64,000 bases of DNA, from NCBI RefSeq assembly GCF_036365525.1, contig NC_090377.1, positions 115,260,519-115,324,518 of the forward strand, written 5' to 3'. The position numbers were made by a program, and so were the translations under genes. Positions 27,027-39,454 of the stretch are shown one piece after another. The stretch comes from Heterodontus francisci. Taxonomy: Eukaryota. The notes beneath the pieces were generated by a model that worked only from the letters and a program-made list of their open reading frames with translations, was not told the DNA's origin and ran no database searches. Every line of letters starts with the position of its first letter. The first letter of the stretch is position 1.

Positions 27027-27162
27027 ACTTTCCTAGATTTAGTTGTCGATCTGGAAAAACTCGGCAAGATTGATGTGAATAATTTGGAAGTGGTGGAAGA
27101 TTGTTTGCAGACTATTGGGAGAATGGATCTGAAAAAGAAGATCTTAAAATACAAACAAATGG
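27027..27162 (+). CDS. CFLAR: c-FLIP coding exon 3 (DED2 C-half)
   Basis: TFLDLVVDLEKLGKIDVNNLEVVEDCLQTIGRMDLKKKILKYKQM; RxDL motif; tag|..|gtgagt; 136 nt. Confidence 0.93.
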
Positions 27163-27429
27163 GTGAGTGTGATTAAGCACTGGGGAGTGGGCAAACACTG
27201 GACAGAATAAACATTGGGGAGTGAACAAACAAGGGAGAATTAACACGGGGCGGGGGGCAAACAAGGGAGAATAAACACTGATGGAGGGGACAAACCACTG
27301 ACGGAGGGGGTAAACACTGACGGAGGGAGCAAACACTGGAGGAGGGGAATTGCTGGGGTTATAATGGTTGGAGGGAGTTGCAGGTTATTGCTGGGATTGT
27401 ATTGGTTAGACGGAGTTACAGTGTATTGC

Positions 27430-29200
27430 AGGGGTTGCCTGACTAATCTGATTGAATTTTTTGAGGAAGTGATTAAAGTCCTGGACAGGGGAATGTCTGG
27501 ATGTTATATGGGCTTCCAGAAGACATTTAATGAAGTCCCTCATAAGAGACTGTTAGATAAAGTTGAAGTTCATGGAATTGAAGGCAAATTATTTACCCAA
27601 TTAGGAAATAGTCTAAGCAGAAGGACACCGAGAGTAGGAATAATGGGCAGGTACTCTATTTAGCAGAATGTGACTAGTGGGATCCCACAGGGATCTATGT
27701 TGGGGCATCAACTATACGCCCTATTCATTAACGACTTAGCTGATGGGATGGAAAGCCACATTGTAAGCAGTGTAGATGGAAGCACAACATTCCAAAGAGA
27801 TATTAATAGATTAAGTGAATGGGCAAAACTGTGGCAAATGGATTTTAATGTAGGGAAATGTGAGGTCATCCATTTTGAACCAAAAAGGATAGAACAGGGT
27901 ACTTTCTAAATGGTGAAAAGCTAGAAACATTGGATGTCCAAAGAGAGTTGGGGGATGGCGGGGGGGGGGGGGTGTCCAGGAACAAAGTTCACTAAAATGT
28001 CGTGAACATGTACAGAAAATAATCAAAAAAGCTAATGGAATGCTGACCTTTCTATCTAGAGGAATAGAAAACAAGGGGGTAGCCGTTATGCTTCAGTTAT
28101 ACAAAGCCCTGGTTAGACCACACCTGGAATACTGAGAGCAGTTCTGGGCACCACAATTTAGGAAGGATATATTGGCATTGGAGGGAGTGCAGTGTAGATT
28201 TACCAGGATGATAGCCAGACTGCAAGGGTTAAGTAAGGGGACAGTAGCATAGTGATAATGTTATGGGGCTAATGCTCTGGAGACATTAGTTCAAATCCCT
28301 GGTTAGACCACACCTGGGGGAATTGAAATTCAGTTAATAAATCTGGAATAAAAAGCTCATCTGATTAAGAGCGACCATGCAACTACTGAAGAGTCGTAAA
28401 ATCTGGTTCACTAATGTCCTTTAGGGAATGAAATCTGCCGTCCTTACCCGGTCTGGTATATATGTGACTCCAGGCCCACAGCAATGTAGTTGACTTTTAA
28501 CTGCCCTCTGAAATGGCTGAACGAGCCACTCAGTTGTATCAAACCGCTTCAGCAAAGTTGAATAAGAATAAAACTGGACAGACCATCCGGCATTCATCTA
28601 GGCACCAGAAAACCCCCTCCCTAACGGCACTGTGGGTGTACCTACACCACACAGACTGCAGCGGTTCAAGAAAGAGACAAACCGCCTGCACAAGGGCAGT
28701 TAGGGATGGGCAATACATGTGCGGCCTAGCCAGTGATGCTCACATCCCAGAAACTAATTAAAAAATTACAAGGAGAGATTACACAAGCTAGAGTTGTGTT
28801 CCCTGGAATTTAGAAAGTTAAGGGATGATTTGATCAAAGTTTTCAAGATATTAAGGGGAACCGATAGGGTAGAGAGAGAATCTATTTCTGCTGGTTGGGG
28901 ACTAAGGGGCATAATTTTAAAAATAAATAGAGCTAGATCTTTCAGGAGTGAAATTAGGAAACAATTCTTCATGCAAAAGGAGGTAGAAGTGTGGAATTCT
29001 CTTCCACAAACAGCAGTTGATGCTAAGTTATTTGTTAACTTTAAATCTGAGTTTGATGGATGTTTGTTAACAAAGGTATTTTTATTAAGGGATACGGGGC
29101 AAAGGCAGGTATATGGAGTTAGGTTAGAGATCAGCCATGATCTCATTGAATTGCAGAACAGACTCGAGGGGCTGATTGGCCTATTCCTGTTCCTATGTTA
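27430..29200 (+). mobile_element. CR1 LINE fragment interrupted by a SINE-like element (~28235-28765)
   Basis: 'CLTNLIEFFEEV', 'SGIPQGS', 'WAKLWQMDFNVGKC', 'SLEFRKLRDDL'. Confidence 0.8.
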
Positions 29201-29305
29201 GATTGGCTAGAGGGAGTTACAGGTTATTGAAAAGGTTAGATTGGTTAAAGGGAGTTGGAGGTTAGTGACGATACTGTTGTAATCTCTGTCCGTTCTCATT
29301 CTCAG

Positions 29306-29400
29306 GTGCGTGTGCTCCTTCTGTGCGAAGATCCGATGCCTATCAGAATGTTATCCCAATTTCTGTTCCCTGTCAGGAGCATGGATTTGAGCGCACTCAG
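29306..29400 (+). CDS. CFLAR: c-FLIP coding exon 4 (linker)
   Basis: ctcag| GACAPSVRRSDAYQNVIPISVPCQEHGFERTQ |gtagat; open and phase-compatible. Confidence 0.75.
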
Positions 29401-29728
29401 GTAGATATCTCTGGCAGTTATTAACAGTGTTGAACCAGTAAAGCATTGGGAATGTTCATAAATAAAGTTGAGTTTTGGAGCCTCCCAGCACCTCCTTTTC
29501 ATATTTCGCACCTCACTCAGCCTTTGATAAATCGAGAGGGTGTTTTATGTCAGAACAAGCGCTGACTGGAGTTTGTGTGTATGTGTGGGATTAGCGGGGC
29601 TGGGTCTCTGGTTAGTGAAGTTGTGTGTGTGTTTGTGTAGTTAGCAGGGTGGGTGGGTGGTTATGCATGGTTAGTTTTCTGGTTCTCGCTGTATCTTTAC
29701 GTTGCTGTCATTCTCACGTACCTATCAG

Positions 29729-29828
29729 CAGGTGAGCACTCTACTGCCGGTGTTTCGAAGCTGCAACAAGGATCAGTTATTGAGACAGCACGTTCACTCA
29801 AACTGCTCGAGATCATCAGAGGCCTCAT
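29729..29828 (+). CDS. CFLAR: c-FLIP coding exon 5 (linker)
   Basis: CAGCAG tandem acceptor; QVSTLLPVFRSCNKDQLLRQHVHSNCSRSSEAS; strong donor gtaagt; phase 0 to 1. Confidence 0.65.
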
Positions 29829-30716
29829 GTAAGTAGCGCAAGCTGAATCCTGATATTAATCTCTGTGCCTGGTCTATGGGAGTAGTCACCTTAGAGTCCT
29901 AGAGTCATTTACGACACAGAAGGAGGCCATTTGACCCACCGAGTCCATGCCGGCTCTCCACAGAACTGTGCAGTCAGTTCCTTCTGCCAACTTTTACTAA
30001 CCCTTGTGTTATGGTTAGAATTTGTGCGCAAACTATGCTCTGTTTAGAATTTAAGGCTTGGAGGATTGTGTTGGGATGGTTTAGGACAGAGAACAGGGGG
30101 AACTTTTTTTCATAAAGGGGTGTGAGGCTGTAGAATTCACTTAGTGATTGAAGCAGACACCATGTCAACATTTAATAATGAGTTAGGTAGGGGTAGAAGG
30201 AAAGGGGAGTAAAGGGATATGGGATTAGGATACCGCTCGTGTGGAGTGTAAACACCACCAGGGACTGGTTGGGTTAAACAGCCTGTTTGTGTTGTGATTT
30301 CAAGGTAACTCTTGTGCTCCGACCACTTCTTGGGCCTGGATGAGCACAGTTAAATGGAGTAACTTCAAAACAATGCAGCAGACTGCTGGGCACCTGAAAT
30401 GGGGGAGAATGCCTGATGTTTCAGTTGCGACCCCTGATCAGATCCAGAATGAAGCTGCAGACTTGCTTAGTCTTGGTCTGACCGTTTTTTGACTGACTGA
30501 ACAGTAAATGGTGGGGTTAAGGTGCTTTGGCACTGCCGGCTCTAGTGACTGGAGCAGAGCCTCCCCCTGAAACCTTCGCGCATTCTAGTGCACAGTCTGG
30601 TTTTGTTCCTCATTAGCTGTTTCTTCATATGTATGTGGAGTTTGGGGATTAACTGAAGGTTTAGTTACAGAGAGGGATCAGCTGCCTCACTTGTCGTACC
30701 TGCTTTTACTCTGCAG

Positions 30717-30805
30717 CTGAAGAGCATCATTCAGAGACACTGAGTAACCCAGTGCCCGAGACGGCCCAGGCTTCTGCACCAGGAACAGAGTGTGGTGTGC
30801 AGCAG
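30717..30805 (+). CDS. CFLAR: c-FLIP coding exon 6 (linker)
   Basis: ctgcag| SEEHHSETLSNPVPETAQASAPGTECGVQQ |gtaaca; phase 1 to 0 closes the frame to the next exon. Confidence 0.65.
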
Positions 30806-31864
30806 GTAACAGTTGTCTCACATCGATGGAAGGACATACACACATCTGTGGGCTGGGCGGGGTAGTGACCCAAATTTGGGGAGGGGGTTCATACATTGGG
30901 GTAAAAAGTGCATGTGGAGGGGAAATGATGGAGCAGAGGAAGAAGGGTTGCACAAGGGAGGAGGATTGAATGCGGGGAAGGTGGAGTGGGATTCTGCATG
31001 GCGATCACAATTCCAAGTGGGGAAATGTGCGACCCTGGCAGATGTTGGATGAGGAGAGGATCACCGGCAAATATCCTGTTGAGGCTCCCGTGTCCTTGGG
31101 TTCTGGGACTGGGTACATGAGGTGGCAAGTGTCCTTAGGACCATACCCTCATGAGAGACAGCCCCTCTGGGTGAGGTGGGGAGTGAGGTTCATGCCTCCG
31201 TCCTCTACAGCGTGGAAACAAACCCCTCCACACTCCCCCCGCCTCCAAACGAATTAGGGATGACAGCTTAGGATCTGCTCTGTGATGAATGGTTCATAAA
31301 CATCGCTGTTTAAACCAGTGCTGTGCTGCAGGCAACTGAGCCCACACCGGCCAATCAGCTTCACCGTCTGTTCTCCAGTGTGGTGCTCGAGTATCAGCTC
31401 AGCACTCCCGTCTTCTCAGCCTGACTTTTATGTGCTAGCGCTCTCATCTCTGAGCCAGAAAACGTGTAGGTTCAAGCACTACTCCCAAAGCCTTGAACAC
31501 AAATTCTAGGCTGGCATTCCTCAATGCCAGTACCGAGGGAGTATTGCACTGTTGGAAGTGCCGTCTTTGGGTTGAGACCCAAAACCAAGGCCCTGTCTAC
31601 TGTCTCATACTCAGGCCTAGGGCAGAATTTAGAGACGAGCAGGGGAGTTCTCCCCAGTGTCCTAGCCAGCATTTATCCCTCAACCAACATTGGTAAATCA
31701 GATGACCTGGTCATTTATCTCTTTGGTTTGTGGGAACTCACAGATCCCGACAACCGTGATTGTACTTCAAAAGTAATTGATTGGCTGTGAAGCACTTCCT
31801 GAAGTTGTGAAAGATGTTATAGGGATACAAGTTGTTCTTTGCAACACTGTGCTCTGTGTTACAG

Positions 31865-31943
31865 AATGTGCTGGAGAAGTACAGGATGCAGAGCACGCCC
31901 CTGGGCCTCTGTTTAATCATTGATTGTATTGGAACCGATGCAG
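31865..31943 (+). CDS. CFLAR: c-FLIP coding exon 7 (start of pseudo-caspase domain)
   Basis: NVLEKYRMQSTPLGLCLIIDCIGTDA resembles c-FLIP 'YKMKSKPLGICLIIDCIG'; ttacag|..|gtaaga. Confidence 0.95.
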
Positions 31944-32495
31944 GTAAGATGCTGTAACCTGGTCTGTGTGTGAGTCCATCAGCCAGTTGTAAGCACTGTG
32001 TGTTGTGACAGTGGTGGTAAGTGACCAGTAGCCTGGGCAGGCTCACCAACTATCTGTGCTTAGACAGCATCGTCAACATAATAGAATGTCCCAAAGTGCT
32101 TCAGATGCCAAGAACTGAATGCCAAGTGATGGAGGGAGAAGGTTATGGGCTTGCTGTGGACTAGGGCACCAGATTGGGAAGTGAAGTTCCAAATGTGTCA
32201 AAGTGGGTAGTGGGCCGAAGCTGAGGGAATGGAATTTGAAAGCAGCTAACCCGGACACACACAGCAGATTGACATTTCCTCTGTGGTACTGATGGAACAG
32301 ATATTGTATGAGGGAGGCCCCCCATTACTAGTGACTCCTTATTCATTATCCCATTACTGGTATATCACCACCCCCCACCCCCATCAATTCCCAATGTATT
32401 GACCCCCCCCACCAAATTCCTTGTGTACTGGACACCCCCTCCCTCCATTCCCTGTGTACTGACTCTGTCCTCTTGCTCTCTGTTGGTTTCTTCAG

Positions 32496-33009
32496 ATTTA
32501 TTGAAGGAAACATTTGAGGCTTTGCAGTTCCGGGTTCTCCTCCACCTGTATGTAGAGCTGGATGATCTGAAGCAGATTCTGAGAGACACGTCAGAACGGA
32601 ATGATCTGGCCGCCCTCGACTGCTTCGTGTGTTGCATTGTGAGCCGCGGGACGCCGGACAGCATATTGGCGATCAATGGGAACAGCCTCAGGCTCTCCTT
32701 TGAACAAATCCAGCAGTATTTCAAAGGGCAGAGCTGTCGGCCCCTACTGGGTAAGCCCAGGCTCTTCTTTATTCAGGATTTCCTCACAGCCACGAGCGAC
32801 TCTGACGATGAATTGGAGACAGACACTGCTTGGAGTAATGGAGATGCCATTCAGGCTGACGGTAATGTCTGGGAGGAAGTAGTCCCTCAGGAAGCAGACA
32901 TCCTGTGGAGTTGCTGCCAGGTGTCTGAGCGTCTGCTCTACCAAGCACCCCAGCAACCATCATCCTTCATGCGCACGTTGTCGGAGTGTCTGCGGAAACA
33001 TCAGCACAG
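32496..33009 (+). CDS. CFLAR: c-FLIP coding exon 8 (pseudo-caspase domain)
   Basis: CCIVSRG (catalytic His to Arg) and GKPRLFFIQDFL (catalytic Cys absent); LETD cleavage-like site; EADILWS; ttcag|..|gtgagt. Confidence 0.95.
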
Positions 33010-34499
33010 GTGAGTTCTGGAGGTGTCAGGTACACCAGGTAAACTCCGAGCCCCCGCCACAGGTAAACCTGGAGCCCACGCCACAGACCATCTTGGACAA
33101 TACTGACTGCTCTTCTCTCTGGTCAAACCCCAACCTCTCATTAACTCGGGAGACGATCTCTCTGTCTTTTCTCTTGTACAACAAAATATTGAATGTGGGC
33201 AGCGTACAGCCCCCACCAGGCTCGATAGAAATGGGTCAGATGGTTATTGAGCAGTGCCTGCTCTATTGGTAATAATAACAGAAAGTTCTGGAAATACTCA
33301 GCAGGTCAGACAGCATCTGTGGGGAGAGACACAGTGTTAACAATTACTTGTCCCATTACCTTTTGCCTTACATTATCATCCCTTTTGTTATTTAATCTCT
33401 CCTGTCTTCCCCCCGCCCCCCCACTTGACCTTCACTGTTGTTCTTTCTCCTCTCTCCCTGCCTCTGTACTTGCTTAAAATCCATTACAACTTTTAACTTT
33501 TTCCAGTTCTGATCAAAGGTCACAGACCTGAAACGTTAACTCTGTTTCTGTCTCCACCGATGTTACCTAACTGGCTGAGCTTTTCCAGCATTTTCTGTTT
33601 GATTTCATGTTTCCACATTCTGCAGTATTTTGCTTTTGCAGATTTTATAGGGATTGGTCAGATGGTTATGTGTCTGCATTGCTGGGTTTCCCCATATGTG
33701 GTCTCATTGATGGCACACGCATTGCTCTCCGTCAAGAACTAACCATGTTTTGTAACAAGAAGGGGTCCACTCCCTGTGTGTTCAGCTGGTGTGTGGCCAG
33801 AGGTAGCAAATAATGCAGGTTTATGCCTGGGTTCCTGGCAGTAGTTACAATGCCTTCCTACTGCACCATATTCTCCTGACAAAACCCTCTCCTCCTCGGC
33901 ACTCCCAACAGTCCCATTTACAATCTGAACCGCTCTTTCCAACCGCATTCTGAATGCCTTCATGGGCCTTCCTCTTGCATAACTAGGTAAGAAAGACTTA
34001 GCGATTAGGTTTTAGCATCAAGCCTAAGCAGAGACAAAGATTTCCTGCTGGAAGCACTTGGTGTGAGAAGGGGCAGAATATAATGTTGCCAAGCAGCCTA
34101 CAGGTTTTGTCCTGTAGCCTGAAGCACTCACCACAAACCACACCCATAACTTAACTTGCTCCTCGACTGGGGAAAGGACCTGAATGGATGCTGTCCCTAC
34201 TCCTGACTTCACAACCTCCCCACGTGTGCGCTTGTCCTGAAAGAAAGACGGGAGAGATTTAGTGGTCGACAAGTAAGAAGCTTTGGGGATGTGCATGTCA
34301 AGATCAAATAGTGACACTGGAGTGAGTAGGTGAAGGCAATACTAGTGAGGAGAGGAGGAGATGCAGAGTGTGGCTTAGGAATAGGGGGAGATGGAGTGAA
34401 ATGTGCTGCAGTGAATGGAGGAGAATGCTGGTACTCAGGAGGGTGGGTGCTGAGTGCTGGGACCCCAAGTAATGCAGGTTATGCACAAAAATGATGGAA

Positions 34500-34770
34500 G
34501 ATTGGAATTAGGAGTCTTAGCTTAGCAACCCGAGTCAGGTCATTTAACTTGCTATAGTGCTCCCATGACCTGGGGGCATTGCTCCTGGTGCTAACACCCT
34601 CTGTCACCTGTGCCAACTGTGGCCGAGCAGCTTAGCAGGATAACTTTCAACCACCTGATAAGAAGAGGACATCTCTCCTGCTCACTCCTCCTGGCACCCA
34701 CTAAAGCAGCAACTTTGTGATAGACCCTCAGTGACAGTTTCCCACAACCAAAATGAACATCCCCTATAAG
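34500..34770 (-). mobile_element. Remnant of a Harbinger-type Myb/SANT ORF
   Basis: Manual minus-strand translation gives 'RRDVLF...VSTRSNAPRSW...KLNDLTR' with stops, like the Myb_DNA-bind_5 pattern. Confidence 0.4.
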
Positions 34771-35475
34771 AGATGTAGGCTGCCTTTAAATGGCACCAGG
34801 ACCCACCGCCCGCCCTTGTTCCATGAGGTGAGCTGCCAATCAATATTGCGATTAGTGCTGGTGGCTCACGTATGGATTCCTAGTTGCACCCATGTGATTG
34901 GATACATGCTCCCTGCACAGCCCCATTCTGAGTCCATGTGAATTTCTATCCCTGTGTGTAGCCACTTGAGACTGGGATTGTGAAAGACTGTGTGTGGTCA
35001 TAAACAGGTCAGCAGGATGGGCAGATAGGGGGCAGCTGCAGCCCAATATGGAAAAGAGTGAGCTACTATATTGAGGTAAGAATAGAAACTCACTTTTAAT
35101 GGTGAAATATTAGATGGAATCAAGGAGCTTGGGGAATGAAGAGACAGGAGCAGACCATTCAGCCCCTTGAGGCTGTTATGGCAGACAGTAGCGTAATGGT
35201 TAAAAAAGCATCGGGATCCTTGGCTTTATTAATAGAGGAGTAGAATACAAAAGCCAGGACGTTATGGTAAACCTTTATAAAACACTGGTTAGACCTCAGC
35301 TGGAATATTATGTCCAGTTCTGGGCACCACACTGTGGGAAAGATGTCAAGGACTTAGAGAGGGTGCAAAACAGATTTACTATGCTATAACAGTGAGAGAT
35401 TCAGGTGTTTGTGCAGCAGGTCTCACAGTCTGTGATTCAGGTGTTTCCACTCTTTCTCTCTCCCTCTCATTCCAG

Positions 35476-35605
35476 GTTCGATTTGGTATCGGTGCTAACC
35501 GAGGTGAACAAACAAACTATGCTGAGAAACCGGCGACTGACCGGTGAGGAGCCTGCGCCCCTGGTCCTCCGACATACCCTGAGGAAAATGCTCATCTTCC
35601 CCTGA
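35476..35605 (+). CDS. CFLAR: c-FLIP last coding exon
   Basis: FDLVSVLTEVNKQ..LRHTLRKMLIFP*; nine exons sum to 1554 nt (517 aa + stop). Confidence 0.92.
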
Positions 35606-35799
35606 TTGCACTCACAGCTCTCACATTACTCTGTAACCTTTGTTAGGAAACAGACTGATCACAATATGAAACCAACTTCACTATTACAAGAGCAGTCTCC
35701 GAGCATTGATGCCTGGGTGCCTAAAGAAGCAAGGCTTGAGGCACTGGGCTCATACAGGAGAGGAGACTCCAGTCCACTGAGAGATCTAGGCTGGGTGAG

Positions 35800-36230
35800 A
35801 GGGGTCTAAACTGGGGTAGAGGGATCAAGGGAAGGGAGGGATCTAGACTGGGATGGAGAGAGAGATCGAGGCTGCATGAGAGGGATCAAGGCAAGGAGGG
35901 ATCTAGACCAGGGTAGAGACACCAAGGCAGGGAGGGATCTAGACTGGAATAGAGGGATTAAGGCAGGGAGGGATCTGGAGTGGGATGGAGGGAGGGATCT
36001 AGACTGGAGTAGAGGGATGAAGGCAGGGAGGGATCTGGAGTGGGATGGAGGGAGGGATCTAGACCGGAGTAGAGGGATGAAGGCAGGGAGGGATCTGGAG
36101 TGGGATGGAGGGAGGGATCTAGACCGGAGTAGAGGGATGAAGGCAGGGAGGGATCTAGATGGGATTGAGTGATCTAGGCTGGGCAGGGAGGGATCTAGAC
36201 TGGGGTAGTGAGATCAAGGCAGGGAGGGGT
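35800..36230. repeat. Purine-rich minisatellite (36+24 = 60-bp period) in CFLAR 3'UTR
   Basis: Lines at 35941, 36001, 36061, 36121 are near-identical. Confidence 0.85.
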
Positions 36231-36285
36231 GGAGGAATGCTGTGTGGACTATCAGAAGCACAGAATGCTGTATTATTTTTCATGT

Positions 36286-36291
36286 AATAAA
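36286..36291 (+). terminator. CFLAR long-isoform poly(A) signal
   Basis: AATAAA ~680 nt after the stop. Confidence 0.6.
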
Positions 36292-36564
36292 ACATTTCAC
36301 TCAACGTGTTCAATTTGAGATCTTGTAACTGCCACTGTCATCGTTACATTTTTCAGTTCTGGGGCCTTTTCATGTTATCCATTAAGTGTCCTAAAAGTGT
36401 GATTACATGTAGTGTAGGTAATAAAGACATCCATTAACCAGAGTACTGGCTACAGTTCTGGGCCCTGGTACCCCCACATCTGGGTACAGGCTACAATTCT
36501 GGAGCATGGTCATCAACAGCTGGGTAGGGGGTACAGTTCTGGGTACTGCGGTGGTCATACCTGG

Positions 36565-37845
36565 AATACATAAGATAAGAGATAGGAGCAGGAAAGGGCC
36601 ATTTGGCCCCTCAAGCCTGCTCTGCCATTCAATAAGATGATGGTTGATCTTCCACATCAACTCCACTTTCCTGTCCTTTTCCCATATCCCTTAATTCCCT
36701 CAGTGCCCAAAAATCTTATCGATCTCAGTCCTGAATATACTCAACGACTGAGCATCCACAGTTCTCTGGGGTAGAGAATTCCAAAGAACCACAACCCTTT
36801 GAGTGAAGGAATTTCTGATCTTAGCCCTAAATGGCCGACCCCCTATCCTCAGACTATGACCCCTTGTTCTAGACTTTCCAGCAGTGGAAACGGCCTCTAA
36901 GAATTTTATACATTTCAATGAGATCACCTCTCATTCTTCTAAAATCCAGTGAATATAGGCCCATTCTACTTAATCTGTCTTCATAGGACAACTCTTACAT
37001 CCCAGGAGTCATAGAGAGATACAGCACTGAAACAGGACCTTTGGCCCACAGAGTCTGTATCTAGTGAATTATCACTGTATCCCCTCAAAAGCAAGCATGT
37101 CCTTCCTTAGATAAAAAGACCAAAACTGTCTGCACTCAGCACCTTGCTGTATGCCTGTGAAACATGGGCAATTTATAGATGCCAGGAAAAGAAGCTCAAT
37201 AATTTCCATCGTCACTGTCTGCGGCGTATTATAGGTATATCCTGCTAAGACAAAATCACAAATGTGGCTGCCCTCTCGAAGGCAGAGCTCCCAAGATTGG
37301 CACTAATCAAACAGAGGCGGCTTTGGTAGTTAGGGCACATCCGTAGGATGGAAGATGGTCGCATACCCAAGGACGTTCTGTATGGTGAGGTAGCCAGGGC
37401 TAGACAACCCAGTGGGGCGCCCAAAGCTTTGCTTCATAGATGCTTGCAAGCATGACGTGAAGGTTCTAAATGTTGACTATCGCAACTGGGAGGCACTAGC
37501 TGGTGAAAGAGGGAAATGACAACACATCCTGTGAACTGGTGTGCACTACCATGATAACCAGTGCCTACAGCAGCTTGGCAACAGGTGCCAACGCCAAAAA
37601 CAACAACTACAGTGTCATTTGGCAGCTTCATGCTGCCATCAGCAAAGGTGCACCAAGAGAAGACACCCTGCTGATTGTCCATCATCTTTCATAGATGGAA
37701 GGATGCCAACCTAACCAGCAATTCCAGGTGTGTGCTCATGAAATACCTATATAATTGCAGCAAAACTTCCTTATTCTTATACTCCAATTCCCTTACAATA
37801 AAAGCTAATGTACCATTTGCCCTCCTAATTGCTTACTGTACCTGC
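36565..37845. mobile_element. CR1 (-) fragment interrupted by an old RTE (+) 3' fragment (~37135-37710)
   Basis: Minus 'KSRTRGHSL..WNSLP'; plus 'GHIRRMEDGRIPKDVLYGE' resembling the RTE at 24.5-26.7 kb. Confidence 0.7.
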
Positions 37846-38284
37846 CAGTATAGTATAGACTAGTATAGAGTTGGGGTCAGCATGCGATGAGTCACCAGGC
37901 ATGAGTGGCCTGCAGTCAGGGAAAGAATAGTTCATTTGTCAGCTCACTGGAGGGCGAGGACTGGCCTGCCAGACAGCTTCCTGTTGCTGTCGATAAGCAT
38001 GGATGAGTCTGGCTCCAATCTGGCAGAGGGTATGTTGTGGAGCTTAACCTCTCCACAGCCCTCTGCTCCATCACCCTGTCATCCTGCAGTCCCAGAGGCA
38101 TTGCCACTGCTGCCCTCCTACCTGTTGCAGCCTTTGTGTGGACCGGTCACTTACTCCTCTGCCCTTCCCCACTCTCACCACCACCATGAGGGTGTAGCAA
38201 CAGTCTCCGGCAAATCCAGGAGCTCGCAACACCCTCCAAAAACAGTCCCTGGTGCTTTGGGAAACTGCAATAGAAAAAAATTGC

Positions 38285-39433
38285 TTGAAAGTTCTGGTGA
38301 TGAGGCATTCCGCCAAATGACTTTGACGGTCTGCTCGGGGAACCATCCGACAGGATCCACCGTTTCCTTTTCCCGTAGGGCCTTGAGGACATTCCGTGCA
38401 GACCACTGCCTGATGGACCGGTGGTCAAAGGTGTTTTCCCGCAGAAACTGCTCCACGAAGGATAGGTGGTACGGCGCCGCCCAACTGCATGGTGCGTTCC
38501 GCGGCAATGTGACCAGGCCCATCCTTCGCAACACCGGGGACAGATAGAACCTCAGCACGTAGTGACACTTGGAGTTTGCGTACTGGGGATCTACACATAG
38601 CTTGATGCAGCCGCACACGAAGGTGGTCATCAGGATGAGGGCCACGTTGGGTACATTTTTCCCGCCCTTGTCCAGAGATTTGAACATCGTGTCCCTCCAA
38701 GCACCAAGACGTAGCTTGGCTGGTGGTGAGAAGGGCCCTCCCCGTCAGATCCTTCATGCACACCCGAAGTCTCGCCCCCTCCGCACAGTGCCCCCGCGTT
38801 GGCTGTGGTGGGGAAGAGACGGTCGCCCACCTCCTCCTGGAATGTGCCTTTGCAAAGCAGGTGTGGAAAGAGATGCAGTGGTTTTTGTCAAGGTTCATCC
38901 CAAGCAGCTCTGTAACACAGGAGTCTGTGCTCTACGGGCTGTTCCCAGGGACGCACACCGAGACAAACATCAACTGCTGCTGGAGGACTATCAATTCGGT
39001 GAAAGACGCCCTTTGGTCTGCCCGAAACTTGCTGGTCTTCCAGCGCAAAGAGTTGTCCACCACCGAATGTTGCAGACTGGCACATTCCAAGGTCCAGGAC
39101 TACGTGCTGAGGGACGCACTAAAGCTTGGGGCAGCCGCAGCAAAGGCTCAATGGGGAAAGACCACAGTGTAAGGTTCCCCCACCAAGCTGGACTGAGGGG
39201 CTGGAACCATGGGAAGCCCCTCGAACTGTATCGTTAATATTCTCAATTGCTGTAAATGTAAAACTGTAATTGACATGACAATTGTGAAACGGAAGGGTTG
39301 GGAAGAAACTCATGACATTATTGAAAGAAACTGATCTCTTTTGCAATGTTTGTATTTTTTCGTGCTGTTTGGAAACTGTTTGGCAATGTAATTTTTACAG
39401 ATTTTTATGAATAAAGTATATTTTGGAAAAAAA
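38285..39433 (+). mobile_element. L1/Tx1-clade LINE 3' end with inverted 5' segment and 16-bp TSD
   Basis: + part (~38698-39433): zf-RVT/CCHC 'CPRVGCGGEETVAHLLLECAF', AATAAA, A-tail; - part (38285-~38697) encodes the ORF2 segment immediately upstream; TSD AATAGAAAAAAATTGC at 38269-38284 and 39434-39449. Confidence 0.88.
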
Positions 39434-39454
39434 AATAGAAAAAAATTGCCTTCC

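Noticed and set aside
32496-33009. Caspase pseudogene or second active caspase
   Set aside because: SRG and QDFL substitutions in an intact frame are the normal c-FLIP pseudo-enzyme signature
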